Positions 51,631 to 64,000 of a stretch of DNA of 64,000 nucleotides are shown here, piece by piece. Each line of letters begins with the position of its first letter. Positions within the stretch are counted from its first letter, which is position 1. A program made the translations under genes and the position numbers. The notes below the pieces were generated by a model. It did not search any database, was not told the origin of the DNA, and saw only the letters and a list, made by a program, of their open reading frames with translations. The stretch comes from Octopus bimaculoides (Eukaryota), in assembly GCF_001194135.2 (NCBI RefSeq), contig NC_068983.1, forward strand, positions 136,023,809 to 136,087,808. The letters are read 5' to 3'.

Positions 51631-51971
51631 GGAAGATCGGGCAAAAACAACCTTTCTTTAGCATGCTTGAAGTGCTGATACCTTCAAAAATTACAAAAAA
51701 ACTCCAGCTAAAATATACACGAGGCTGAAATTGGGCTAGTGAGAGAAAATATTAAAAAGACCTCACATTAATTGTGAATTGGTTTCAATTTCTGGATTAA
51801 AGCAAAAAATAGCTTTTTCCTTCGTCAACACAATACACGGATAGGGGAAATATACGTCCAAATAATTGTACATACAGTTATTTGGACTTAGCTGGAGTTT
51901 TTGGTAGTTTTTTAAGGTATTAGCACTCTAAGCATGCTGGAGAAGGGTTGTTTTCGCCCAATCTCCCTTCA
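51628..51971. mobile_element. MITE with ~85-bp imperfect terminal inverted repeats in a (TA)n tract
   Basis: Left aaggaagatcgggcaaaaacaacctttctttagcatgcttgaagtgctgatacc...ctccagctaa mirrors the reverse complement of the right end, aagggagattgggcgaaaacaacccttctccagcatgcttagagtgctaatacc...ctccagctaa. Confidence 0.85.
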
Positions 51972-52519
51972 TATAATTACATACATATGCACATTATTAT
52001 TAATTTAATGTATTAATTGTCTATAAATTTTTATAGCATGCTGACTACTTGATAAAAATCATCAATGTGAATTTTATCCTTATATATATATATATATACA
52101 TACATACATTAGATAAATAGATAGATAGATAGATAAATGGACAAATAGATATTGATATATATTACTTAAAGTGAGGGAGAGAGAGAAAGAGAAAGAGATA
52201 AAGGAAGGGAAAGCATTAAGTTTTAGTTTATGATGCAAAATAAAAAGCTAATTTAGAATTTATTAAATAAATATAGTTAATGTTATTACATGAGAAGTCA
52301 GTCAATTGGTTGAAATGGTACAGTGCTAGACTAAATACCTTAAAACATATAGTTTCATCCTTTTATATTCAGAATTCTAAAATTCCCAGAATAAAACCTG
52401 TTTGTTTTTCATTTGTGACTTGCTCAGAACTGGTAATGAAATAGAATTGTTACATTTAGTTGTATTATTTTCATACAAACAGTGATCTTGAAATTAGATA
52501 CATGAAATATCATTCCTAC

Positions 52520-52583
52520 CTGTTTATCAGCTGTCCCACACGAGCACAATCATCTTTGTCATAGAACCAAATTCCGTATATTG
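52520..52583 (-). CDS. DCP1: DCP1 exon: C-terminal end of the EVH1 domain (phase 1 to 2)
   Basis: Acceptor ttatattttttcag, donor AG|gtagga. Translates to xIYGIWFYDKDDCARVGQLIN(S), closely resembling recalled human DCP1A IYSIWFYDKNDCHRIAKLM. Phase joins the 43957 exon. Confidence 0.93.
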
Positions 52584-52614
52584 CTGAAAAAATATAATGA
52601 TAAAAATAATAATG

Positions 52615-52645
<31 letters not shown>

Positions 52646-52834
52646 TATTAATAATAATAATAATATTGTTGTATTTCGGGATAGTCATTTTATTCTATTT
52701 ATTTATTTTTTTTGCCAAATAAACACATGCACTATATATATTTTTCTTCACTCGTTTATTACTGTTCTTACCTTATTATTTTAACTCATGTCCATTGTCC
52801 AGAATAATAATAATAAGAATAATAATGATAATTA

Positions 52835-53580
52835 CAAATGAATGCCCTAGACTTGCCCCAAACCATTACAAGTTGTGGCGATGCAATCATTAGTGAAAGT
52901 GCTACGTTGGAAACTGCGAAAAGTGGGGGGCTAGAGAGAGACAAGACGTAGTATGAGGACAAACTGCAGAGTAGCAGAGTCGGAGACTAGCAAAATCCTC
53001 TGGGATTTCCCAATTCAAATAAGTCAGGTGCTAGAGCATAACAGACTGGATATAGTGGTGGTAGACAAGGTGCACCACATATGCTATATAGTTGACACTG
53101 CATACCTTTTGACCTATGAATAGTGAAGAAGGAAGGTGAAAAGATAGAGAGATACATATCCTTTTAAGTATGAAATAGCCCAGCTATGGAAAATGAAGAA
53201 GGCAAAGGTAATGCCAATTATTGTTGGGTCCTTGGGAAGAGTATCAGAAGGCATCAAGAGGACTATAAGGGAAATTGGAATAGAGTGCCCAGTAGAACTG
53301 TTACAAAAGGTTTGTCTCCTTGGCACGGCTAGAATAATCAGAAAGGTATTAGATAGCTGAAAAGAATGAATAACATTGTACCATAGGCTGCAGGTAGTAA
53401 GCCCGTTATGCATGCAAGACTCCAGGAGCTCCAACAAGACCTGTGATAAAGAGATGATAATGATAACAAAGGTGAAGATAGTGCCAGTTATTGTTGGTTC
53501 CTTGGAGATAGTATCAGAAGACATCATGCATGCAAGACTCCAGGAGTTACAACAAAACCCGAAATAAAAAGAAATAATAA
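52835..53580 (+). mobile_element. Dong/R4-type 3' end (restriction-like endonuclease) with a partial 3' duplication
   Basis: LWDFPIQ, HNRLDIVVVDK and KVMPIIVGSLG...LLQKVCLLGTARIIRKVLD; preceded by (AAT)n. Confidence 0.85.
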
Positions 53581-53599
53581 ATAATAAAGGATTTTGACA

Positions 53600-54560
53600 G
53601 CATACTGCATTCATGGATCCTGAAATTGCTAGACATCTTCAAAATTTCTCATGTGATTTTAAACTTTCTGAAGCATAGCATATCATTATGGAATATGTAT
53701 CTCTAATATCATTCTAATAGAATACTAGCTTCAAACAATATTATCATCAACTGTGGAATTTTCTAAGGTGACTCACTTCCATTTCTAAGTTTTTGCTCAG
53801 CTCTAATACCCCTTTGACAACAATAATAGTCCATCTATTTTATGTGAATGATTTAAAAACTCTATGGTAAAGACAATTATGAGCTTGAGGGCCTATTATG
53901 TACTGTGAAAGCATTCAGTGATAACACTGAGATAGTATTTAGTCATGATAAGTGTGCCAAGGCCACTATCCAGAAAGGGAAATTGAAAACTTCAAATTCA
54001 GTGATGTTAGACATTGACATAATTATAAAAGAACTTGAGCAGGAATAAACTTATAAATACCTAGAATTAAATGAATGCTTTGGCATTCAGCAGGTAAGAA
54101 TGAAAGAGAACTCTCCTATAATATTCATTATAGGAGTGTTCAAGCAGTTCTGAAATCTGAGTTAAATGTACATAACAAGGTGCTAGCCATAAATTCCTTA
54201 GCAGTTCCAGTTGTTACTTATAGCTTCAATGTGTTGAACAGGAATATCAGTGAAATAAAGAAAATTAATAAAAAAATTTTCTAAGCTGCTGACTTGTAAT
54301 AATATGCACCACCCAAAGGCAGACATGAATCGCCTTTATCTTTCCAGTGCACAAGGAAGTCAAGGCTTGATCCAGTTTGAACTTTTTTACAAAATCACCA
54401 TAACTGAATTGGCCAAATATCTTGAAACAAATGACGACTGGATGTTAAAACTCATTAAAAGTTACTAGAGGCATAAGAAACTTTGTTCTGTCTCGAAGGA
54501 GAGCAAAAAAATTGCTATTGATTTCATGAATGACACCTAGGGTGAACAGCCTGAAGGTAG
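53600..54560 (+). mobile_element. Dong/R4-type RT fragment (second subfamily)
   Basis: GIF*GDSL, DKCAKATI, KVLAINSLAVPVVTYSF and MHHPKADMNRLYL motifs. Confidence 0.85.
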
Positions 54561-57529
54561 TTGGTAACTGTTATTACAAAGAAAGTGAAATTAATGAAAG
54601 ACCACCTAGACATGCGAGAGGGCACAGATAACGGTTGTCACCCACTACAACGTAAACAGTTTTTACTATTACATGTCAAATTATCCACATATACCTAAAC
54701 TCTGCAGTCAAATCTTTCTCAAATCACACCCTAACCAGCTTAAAAGCAAATGGAGATACTGAATAATGACTTCTTTAACAAATAGAAAAAGAATTGTGAT
54801 CAGAGCTCTACTTCATCAGAGCTGGCATTTTGCTAATCATCAACACCCTATATATATCAATAACTTAACAGCATGGTATTTCAAAAACATTTAAAAAATA
54901 CTGCTAATCCTGATACAAAGAGGGACAAATCACATAAGAAATCCTTTACATATTTCCTCAACCTGCTAGAAATAGCAGCTGAATTACTCCTTTCAATAAC
55001 ATCCTGCCATCTTAAAAACAAGACAATAGTCCAAGAAATAAAAAATACAAAAAAAGATGGGATGGTCATGGCTGAAATGCCCTTAATCATAGCTCTGTTG
55101 AACCAAGTCTGGCTTGGGGTTAAATAATAACTTGTGATTCTAGCTTCAAATTCTGTGCACAGTTGTCTGAGATAGTACTAGAAACTGCATTGAACAATCA
55201 ATATGAAAATATAAATTGAACAATCAATCTATGTACATTTATTATTAGGTTGTGGTTATGGTCACCTTAACCTCTTAACTAATGTATTGGGACTTTGTAC
55301 ATCAGTAGCTCATAGCTTGAAAAAAGAAAAAAGGTAGTTGAAAACTGTACAGAAACCTGTTATATATATATGAGTAGTACTGAAATGCAAAAACTTGTAA
55401 GGGTTTCATGTTTCATTGGTAAAAAATTAAATAGAAATTAATTCTATGTTGTCCGTTTCCACTGCAGCCACCACTAAATTACTTAAAACAAGAACAAAAT
55501 GCAAAACCGAGTTGTTGCATCATGTTCTGACTGTTACAGTTTATGGTAGGGTTGGTCAAAAATGTAGTAAATGAGCTACAAGTACCTCTTAGACAATGTA
55601 TGTCTCATGAAAAATATGTTGATTGAGCATCTGTTGTTTTTTTTTTATTCTGGTAAATAAAAAATAAAAAAATTCAAGCATTATAATAATTTATTTACTG
55701 GGTATATTCCAGTTACTCCCACCCAACCTTTTATAATGCTGCTCCTCTACAGCAAGAAACTTGTTCTGTTCTTCTTCGTACTTTGACTTATCTCTTAGTA
55801 TAAAACCATCTTTTTCTCTACTGTAGTCCCACTCATTTGAAGAGGATCTTAGTCTTGCAAGCTACATAGTGGCCTCACTAGTGCTGGTGTCATGAAAAAA
55901 GTACCCAGTACACTCTGTAAAGTGGTTTGTCTTAGGAGAGGCATCCAGCTATAGAAACCATACCAAAGCAAACATTGAAATATGGTGCAATTCTTAGACC
56001 CACTGAATTCTGTCAAACTATTGAACTCATGCCAACATGGGATTAAGTTTAATATTCATAGTTACAAAAAATATTTAAGAAATTTAAATCCTAATTTCAG
56101 TGTTAGATTCCAGTGACATTTTGTTATGTGACATAATGCTTCGGGTGCTGACCTCATGATCTTATGTTCAATGGTTCAATTTGTGGATCAGGTAGCATAT
56201 TGTGTTTTTGAGCAAGGCACATTATTTCATATTGCTCCAGTCTATCCAGCTGGTGCAGCCCTCTCTCCTTCCAGCTGTTGCATCCTGGCTCAAGGGTGAA
56301 AGAAGCAAGAAGGTGTCTATGTCAGCATCTACATAGGCACTAAATGAATTAGTATAAGCATGGTACTCATTACAAAGTTACACTCACTTGTGAGTAACAG
56401 CTAGTACTGCTGATGGAAAGAATTTTTCTTGGTAGAGACAGTGAGATTTAAAAAAATTCAGGTCAGCAAGGGTTTCAGTGAAATATCAGAGGACTGATGT
56501 GATGGGTGGGGAATGGTAGTAAAAATTTGGGAGCACCTAAGAAGAGGGACTGGTTTCAGGTAACTTAATCAGTCTAGGTTAGACTTAACTTCACGTCATA
56601 TACATAAATACATTGTAATACAAAACATCAAAAAAGTATTCTTTAATTCAGTTTTGTTGCACTAAAATTGCTACAGGGGCTAAATTCTATCTCAAATTTA
56701 ATATTAAATTTCAGTTCTTCTGGTTCAATATAAAAGAAAAAATAAATCTAACAAACTATTCAGCAGGTTTGCTATGTTAAAACTGCTATAGGGAGTTAAA
56801 ATTTTAAATTTATATTTAACATTAATCATTATGCACCACATGCAGTAGTTTTGCTTTTGGAAAATTTTGCTTTTCACAATTTTCTTTTTACATTTCTGTT
56901 TCAGCGTGTCAAGTAAATTACAACCATTGAGCTTGTATGAACTAATAAGAGATCTACAAGATAGTTAAACTTGCTAAAAATATTTTCTAAATTTTCCTGA
57001 AAAAGAAATTGCTGGATAATGTGAACTTGAGTTCCTTGCACTTACAAAAAAGTCAGGATGGTCATGGAATGAACAACTTTGATCAGACGTTTGCCTGAAA
57101 AGAGCTGATCTGTGGTCACACAAGAAGACCACCACCACCACCACTGCCGCCACCGCCGCCTCCAATAGAGCCTATATATGTTTGCTCATAGCAGTTTAAG
57201 CTCCCTTAAGCAAATGGTAAATAAATTGTAACCTACTCTCCCACTCATATTTTTGTTGAACATTTCAAAGAAAAATGGAAATGATAAAAAACAAACTATT
57301 CAAATAATGTCTAAACATTTATGAAAAGATTGAAATAAATAAATAGAAAAATTACTTCAAAAGATCAAAAGTATAAAATAGTGGAATATGAAAGTACTTT
57401 GATTTGCTGTAAATTACATGTACGACTGAGCCTAGTGGCTATGAACCTAATTGGTACACTTCAGTCACAAATTTTGTTTACAAGTGTCTGTGAAACTTTA
57501 GTGAAAGAAAATGGCTTCATCAAATTGTA

Positions 57530-58790
57530 AGCAATAAAATTATGAAGATGAGAACAGAAATTTTAAAGTAAAGTGGGAGGATGATTATATGTTCACTGTC
57601 AAAAGAGGTAAGCCTTTATGTTTTATCTAACCTGAGTCACTCAGTAACCTGAAATGAAGCAAATCATAAGACTTTTGTATTCTTGTCCACTTAAATGAAT
57701 CAGGGTTGAGGAAAAATAAGTCAACTGTGTTAAAAAAAAATCATCACTAAATAATCAGCTGATACTGTTCTGTAAAGAAACCTAGGCAATGGCTGAAGCT
57801 TGTTTTGAAATGGAATATTACTTAGGCTAAACACCCATATTCTGATGGCAAATTTGATAAAAAGAATATTGCTAGAGTTATTGTAGTCGTTGGAGTCCAT
57901 AGAATAAAACTTCTTTTGACTTGATAGCACAAACATTAGTTTCACTTCACACAAAGATACTTCTCTCCCAGATCAGTACTTATGTTGCAGAATGATTTAA
58001 CACTTTAACATTTAAACTGGTCAAATCCAGCCAAAATATTCTACCTCTTTTATGTTCAAACTATTAAATTCAATCTTTCCAACATACTCTACAATGTCAT
58101 TCTAAGAATAAAACTATTACATCATTGAAATCTCAAAGCTACGAGATAATGCATAGTTAATACAAAACAACTTGAATAAATAAGTATTATGTTTAACATA
58201 ATAATCTGAATGCTTAAAGGCTTAAAGATTCTCTTATATTCAACATTAATTTAAAGAATTCTCTAAACAAATCTACAGACATACTGCTACTGGCAATCAA
58301 CCTACTACTGGCAGTATTTGTTTGCTACATTTCTTTTGATGCAATTGCAAAAGAAGAGATGTTGCACTTAGTAACATTAAAAAATACAGCTGAATGTGCT
58401 GATATTAAAAATGCACTCAAAAGAACCTTAAATGTTGATGCTCCACTAAATAAACTTGTCAGTGTTGCAACAAATGGAGCTCCTACAATGGTAGGGAAAA
58501 TGCATGATTAACAGCCCTTATGAAGAGTGATCCTAGCTTTCCAGAGTTTCTCCCTGTTCATCACATTCTTTTCCTCATGAACATCTAGCAGACTTTAAGT
58601 ATGAAGAAGTTATGAAATCTGTTGGTGAAATTTTTAATTTTATACACTTAAGTGCAAGGATTCTCTGATAGTTCAGAAATTTTACTGAAGAAATGAAGTA
58701 GCTGCCAATCAGCAATATCTTGAATAACTTTGAGAATCTGCTGGAGTCTGCAATTACATTTTGTAAAGAAAAGATCCTATTCTCAACTAG
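57530..58790 (+). mobile_element. Decayed hAT (Charlie/GTF2IRD2-like) transposase
   Basis: ENRNFKVKWEDDYMFTVKRGKPLC (BED-like N-terminus), EEMLHLVTL, KLVSVATNGAPTMVG and FLPVH. Interrupted by the piggyBac MITE and ends at a (GA)n tract. Confidence 0.75.
58001..58221. mobile_element. Older copy of the same piggyBac-type MITE
   Basis: Colinear with 43107-43320 (ttatgttcaaact, tctcaaagcta.gagataatgcat, taatctgaatgct); TTAA on both sides. Confidence 0.75.
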
Positions 58791-58804
58791 AAAATGATGA
58801 ATAT

Positions 58805-58837
58805 AAGAAAGATAGAGAGAGGGAGAGATAGAGAGAG

Positions 58838-58875
<38 letters not shown>

Positions 58876-58899
58876 AAGAGAAGAGAGAGAGAGAGAGAA

Positions 58900-58987
<88 letters not shown>

Positions 58988-58994
58988 GAGAAGA

Positions 58995-59046
<52 letters not shown>

Positions 59047-59090
59047 GACAGAGAGAGACAGAGAGAGAGAGAGACACAGAGAGAGAGAGC
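58805..59090. repeat. Long imperfect (GA)n microsatellite
   Basis: Directly visible; source of the spurious SLSL/RERE ORFs. Confidence 0.95.
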
Positions 59091-59164
59091 TGGATGGCAA
59101 GAATGAAAATTTGGTCTAAAACTACATGGTCCAACAATTCATACAAAAATGCCTGAATGGCTAC

Positions 59165-59600
59165 AAGGAGTAGTTGGTAGCTTTTGTTATCAAGGAGACC
59201 TAATTAGCATTGGAAGAGGGAGTTCCAAAAGCTTGACTAAGAACAGGGTGAAAAAACGTTCAGGAAGCTGCTATCTCTGCTAATAGCAAAAGGTTTCTCT
59301 CATAGAGGGAAGGACAGATTGCATGATGCTTGCAGGTAATCTGCAATGCTACATAGTAATGAGACATGGACATTGAAAGTAGAAGATTCATAAAAAAGAT
59401 AGAAAGAAATTTAGAGATTATGCTCTGCTGCACGTGTAATATTAGTGCGCATGAAGCATGAGAGCAGAGAGAAAAGCTGGATACAAAAGAAATCACGTGT
59501 ACTGTTCTGTCACCACTCTCTCTTCTATTCACTTTCTTGTTTGTACCTTGAACAAATGGAGACAACATAGAGTAATGAAGACTCTTTTGACTTGCAGAGG
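59165..59600 (+). mobile_element. Old RTE RT C-terminal fragment
   Basis: FCYQGDLIS, RKLLSLLIAKG and SAMLHSNETWTLKVED motifs. Confidence 0.7.
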
Positions 59601-61300
59601 ACAAAGCAACCTCTCCACTCACATTTTAGTATCCTTTTGCACCTTTTGTGCTACCAAATTATCTCTTCTTCTCTATCACCACTCATACACTATGATTACC
59701 TTTACCCCCAACACTCTTGCAACATACCTTCCTACATATCATCTCCCTTTCTCTCGTCCTCCTTTTGTCTACTATTTTATTAATACTATTCTGCTTCTCC
59801 TCACCTTCTTCTGTAGTGTCAGCCATCACCCACTCTCCCGTCTTTCATCTCCTACATATCATTGATCACCTCTTCACCTTTGATCACCATTCACTACATC
59901 AAATCTTCAACCATACACAATCTCTACAGTCATCACCTAATCTTTTGCATCTTCCCTCCAACATACCCTCTCTCAATTCTTGTTCTTCATTCATTATATT
60001 CATCCCTTACCCATTCTCCATCCCTAAGCATCCCTTCTCTTGTGTTATATACCCACCTGCACACCCTATTCTTCTGTCCCCATTCATATCAACTCATCTT
60101 GGACCTTGAGGGTTCCCCCTAACACTTCATCACACTTTTCACCTCTTTCTAGATCTACTCCAGTTACTCTCATCTACTCTTCTATAATGTAACTATGTAG
60201 CTCCCCCACAACAAGAAACCTGTTTTGGCCCCTTCTTTCATATTTTAACTTATCTCCTCACATAAAGCCACATCCCTCTCTACTGTAGCTCCACTCAGTT
60301 AAAGTGTATCTTGGTCTTGTGAAGTGCATGGTAACTACACTAGTGCTGGTGCCATGAAAAAAAGCACCCAGTACACTTTGAATAGTAGTTAGCATTAGGA
60401 AGGGTGTCCACCAATAGAAACTATGGCAAAGCAGACACTGTGGCATGATGTAGTCATTGAACCCATTAAATCCTGCTGAATTGTCCAACTTGTGCCAACA
60501 TTGAAAATGAATGTTAAAAAATGATGATGATGATGATGTCATTCATCTTCATCATTTGTCAGTTTGCATGTGAGATTTAATACCTTAAAAACCTCACCAC
60601 TTTCCTTGCTTTGTCTTGTGTACTCTATCAAAGACACTAAAGATACCTGCCACTGTCAGCAGCTGACACTTTTCCCTCCAACTTTCCTCATCCATTCACA
60701 TCACATATCCGTACTAGCACAATCATGTCTTATACACACATTAGTGGAGGCCTTTGATAATCAGCTGTACTCTTAGCTCACATGTTAATATTACAATACA
60801 GCCTCATAAGACCTCCTACATTCAATGCTCTAATCTCACCATCATGCAGCAATGTGCTTTCTTTCCATGCACTTCATGGAAAAAAAAAAACAATATCTAA
60901 AATACACTAAAACAAAGACCAAACAATTAAAGAAGAAAGCTTTCATTATTATACACAATAATGCTGAACAATGTAGAAACCAGCCATAGTGCATATAAGG
61001 AGATTAAACAACAACAATAAATGAAGCATGAGATATATTAGGAGGTATTAATTTACATTTTAAAGTGTTCTGTGTGTGTCTGTGTATGCATGAGTGTGTG
61101 AGTGGTAGGACAGGAATACTTTCAATAAATATTGAAGAAATTGATTAAAAATCTTGAAAAACAAAACAAAAATAATTACATGCATGTTATGTAGGTTGCT
61201 TGTTTAGTGTATATCTTTACAATTTTATCTGTGGAAAGATTGAGAATAAGAAAACTGATTTTGTGAATGTGCTTGTGGATATGTTTTCTCTCTCTCTCTC

Positions 61301-61349
<49 letters not shown>

Positions 61350-61846
61350 AATGTATGCACATGTATAAATGTCTATCTGTCTGTCTATCTATCTATCCAT
61401 CTTTCAATAGCCCACTCATATTGATGGGGTTCTGCACAGGTTCCTTCTATCAAATTCACTCACAAGGTATTGGTTGACCAAGGGCTATGGTAGAAGACTT
61501 TCCTAAGGTGTTGAACCCAAAGTCAGGTATTGTGAAGCAAACTCCTTAATCACACAGCTATGTCTATATCTAATGATCACGAATGATGATGATGATAATA
61601 GCTTGGACATATAAAAACTGAAATAACTTTTTAATCTGGTTGTGGGCCTCATGACTTCCCTAGTGTTGGTACCATGATAAAATATGTCCATTACACTCTG
61701 TGAAGTGGTTGATATTAAGAAAAGCATCCAGCTATAGAAAACATGCCAAAAATAGAACGTATGAGTAAGAAGTGATCTTCCATCCCATCTAGAAGTGTAG
61801 TATTTTTGAACAAGAACTCATGTGGCTATTTACACACACACACACA

Positions 61847-61913
<67 letters not shown>

Positions 61914-61924
61914 CTTTTATCTTT

Positions 61925-62290
61925 TATTTGTTTCAGCCATTAGACAGTGGTCATGCTGGGGCACTGCCATGAAGGATTTTTAGTTGAATGAATTGATCCC
62001 AGCACTTATCTTTTGTAAGCCTGGTACTTATTCTATTAGTCCCTTTTGCCAAATCACTAAGTGATGGAGATTTAAACACACCACCACCAGTTATCAAGTG
62101 GTGGTGGTGGAAAAACACAGACACACACACATGTATACATACAGTAGGCCTCTTTCAGTTTTTGCCTACCAAATCCACACACAAGGCTTTGGTTGCCCAA
62201 TGCTATATTAGAAGATACTTGTCCAAGGTGCCATGCAATGGGATTGAATCTGGAACCATGTTGCTAAGAAGCAAGCTTCTTACCAGCACC
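61925..62290 (-). mobile_element. SINE family B (CORE-like head, internal CA/TG microsatellite, second conserved half)
   Basis: Head ...gttccagattcaatcccattgcatggcaccttggacaagtatcttcta resembles tRNA/CORE-SINE heads. The same two-part layout occurs at 49715-50090. Confidence 0.75.
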
Positions 62291-62391
62291 TATATATATA
62301 TATATATAAATATAAATATATATAAAGTAATGGTATGTTGTCAACTTAATGTAACAGTCCCATGAAAGGGAAGAAGGCTACTGCTATTTAG

Positions 62392-63740
62392 GTGTATTTT
62401 GTTTTTTTCCTCTTATGTGAAACTACTGTGTACTCCATTTCTGAAGGTTCGTTTTTCTCTGTTGCACTTGTCTCTTGGTTTATTTTTTCTTCTGTTATTC
62501 CTTATGTACCTCTTCTTGCTGTTTCTGGTTGCTTTTTTTTTTTTCCTCCTCAATTCTTTTTTTTTCCTCCTCAATTCTTTTTTTTTCCTTCTCTGCATTT
62601 GCCCTTTTCGTTTCTTCATTTGCTTTCGAAGGTGGGGTATCACTCACGTTGCTGTTTAACTTCTTTTTTGAACAGTCGGAACGAACGTGACCCTTTTGTC
62701 CACATTTGAAACATCTGGGTCGATGTCCTTCCACCGACACGTGAATGGTGTGCCCCTCCCCTACAAACACTCTATCGGGCAGACTTTCGAGGACACTGTT
62801 CTCTCCTTGTATGACTATTTCAAGCATCTGCCCCTTCCAGTTGATCGCCTCCTTCTTTTTCATACTCAGTATGTTTAATTTTTGCTCGGCATTGAAGAAT
62901 ACCGCTGTTGCCACCCACATTACATCATACCCGGCCGGTATGTCTTCTACTGTAATTCTTGCCATTCTGCATCCCATGTAAGTGGGCAGCAGCATAATAC
63001 TTTCATTTTTTAAGGTTTGAGTTGAAACCTCCTTTGCTACGTTAGCCGAGTCAAATTGCACTTCTTGTGCCTCGACTAACAGAGTGAACTTTCTGCCAAA
63101 TTGGAGACAAACATCTCTCCACAATATCTGTCTTTACTTCTGCTATCATTTTTTCCTTTATGTTGTATACTTTAGATACAACTATTTTTTCTTTAATTGC
63201 GTTTCGCAATTCTGGGGGCGGTATTAATTTTGTTTTTTCGCCCACTTTCTGTATCAGTTGTCTGTACTGAAACAGCTTGTCCATGGTTACTTCTAATTCT
63301 GTTGAGCTTCTGCTCACTGCCTTGGAGAAACTTGGTTTCCTTTGTTCACTTTCAACTTGGTTATCCTCTCCCACTCCGGGGAATTCCACTTTGGACGTTA
63401 AATCCAACTCCATACTTGTCACAAGACAAGAAAAAATTTTCACACCACAATGCACAGAAATTTTCAGCCTCGAAGGGTGAAAATAACTGTAACAAAAAAC
63501 AGTTCACAGAAAAAACAGTTGACACTTACAATAACAGAAGCACGACACGAACTCACTCCGGCAGCAACAAAAAACGTTGAAACAAAAATCAAAGAGGGTA
63601 TCCACAAGAGGCAAAAAAAGTGGCTTGCTAACTGTCGATGCCTTTGAAAACATATATATTTCAAGTGAAATACATTCACTGATTTCGAAAATAGAAATAA
63701 TACATTTCTAAATCTCTCAGAGAGATTTATACAGTAGCAG
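62392..63740 (-). mobile_element. L1/Tx1-type element carrying ORF1 only (gag-like, CCHC zinc knuckle); no ORF2 in the window
   Basis: ORF1 starts at ATG 63413 (MELDLTSK...) and is frameshifted near 63110. It contains LPDRVFVGEGHTIHVSVEGHRPRCFKCGQKGHVRSDC (knuckle 62672-62713) and a K/E-rich tail. The knuckle context is typical of Tx1/L1 ORF1. Confidence 0.75.
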
Positions 63741-64000
63741 CATGATAAAGTGATGGTATGTTGTCAACTTAATGTGAGTTCCATGAAAGGGAAGAAGGCT
63801 ACTGCTATTTAGCCCTAGGAAACACCGTTTCCTGTTGCCCTTGACACATTTTCTCTGTCCTTATGTTTTCAAAGGGGAGATAAGCACCTCCATCCAGCAA
63901 AGCCAGCATCCAGAGACTAGCTTCAGAGTCATTGCTCATCATCAGTCTGGAGTAGCATGGCTTGCTAGCTGTCGATGCCTATTTGCCTATGAAAACGTAT

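Noticed and set aside
57730-57954. ORF with LQPLPRFLYRT, superficially like DCP1 EVH1 FQLHEPFLLYRN
   Set aside because: The rest does not match EVH1, there are no suitable splice sites, and it overlaps the antisense hAT remnant.
58783-59156. SLSL/RERE ORFs
   Set aside because: Translation of a (GA)n microsatellite.
63915-63950. Hammerhead-like CTGATGA...hairpin on the minus strand
   Set aside because: The required GAAA core is GAAG and flanking stems were not found.

Overview
AT-rich animal genomic DNA, dense in microsatellites and mobile elements, with four N gaps. It is probably from an octopus; this is an inference from the SINE/LINE content and repeat style. The ORF track is almost entirely noise. 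The main host feature is a minus-strand, intron-rich DCP1 (mRNA decapping activator) gene that I assembled by hand from six exons: 52520-52583 (EVH1 end), 43750-43957, 33890-34034, 29769-30426, 25492-25575 and 24354-24428 (trimerisation domain and stop). Its 5' exons were not found and probably lie beyond 64000, and one internal exon may be missing or hidden in a gap. A weakly supported plus-strand chain of small exons (10.5-19.6 kb) may be a convergent neighbouring gene. The rest is decayed Dong/R4-type, RTE, CR1-type and Tx1/L1-type retroelements, several SINE families, and maT, mariner, hAT and piggyBac-type DNA transposons or MITEs. The most interesting leads are: frame-compatible alternative splice sites in DCP1, inverted SINE pairs around DCP1 exons, a 189-bp near-perfect locally templated inverted insertion, an ORF1-only element with interleaved direct repeats, and a hairpin-unit array in an RTE 3' UTR. 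Homologue motifs are quoted from memory and were not checked by any search.
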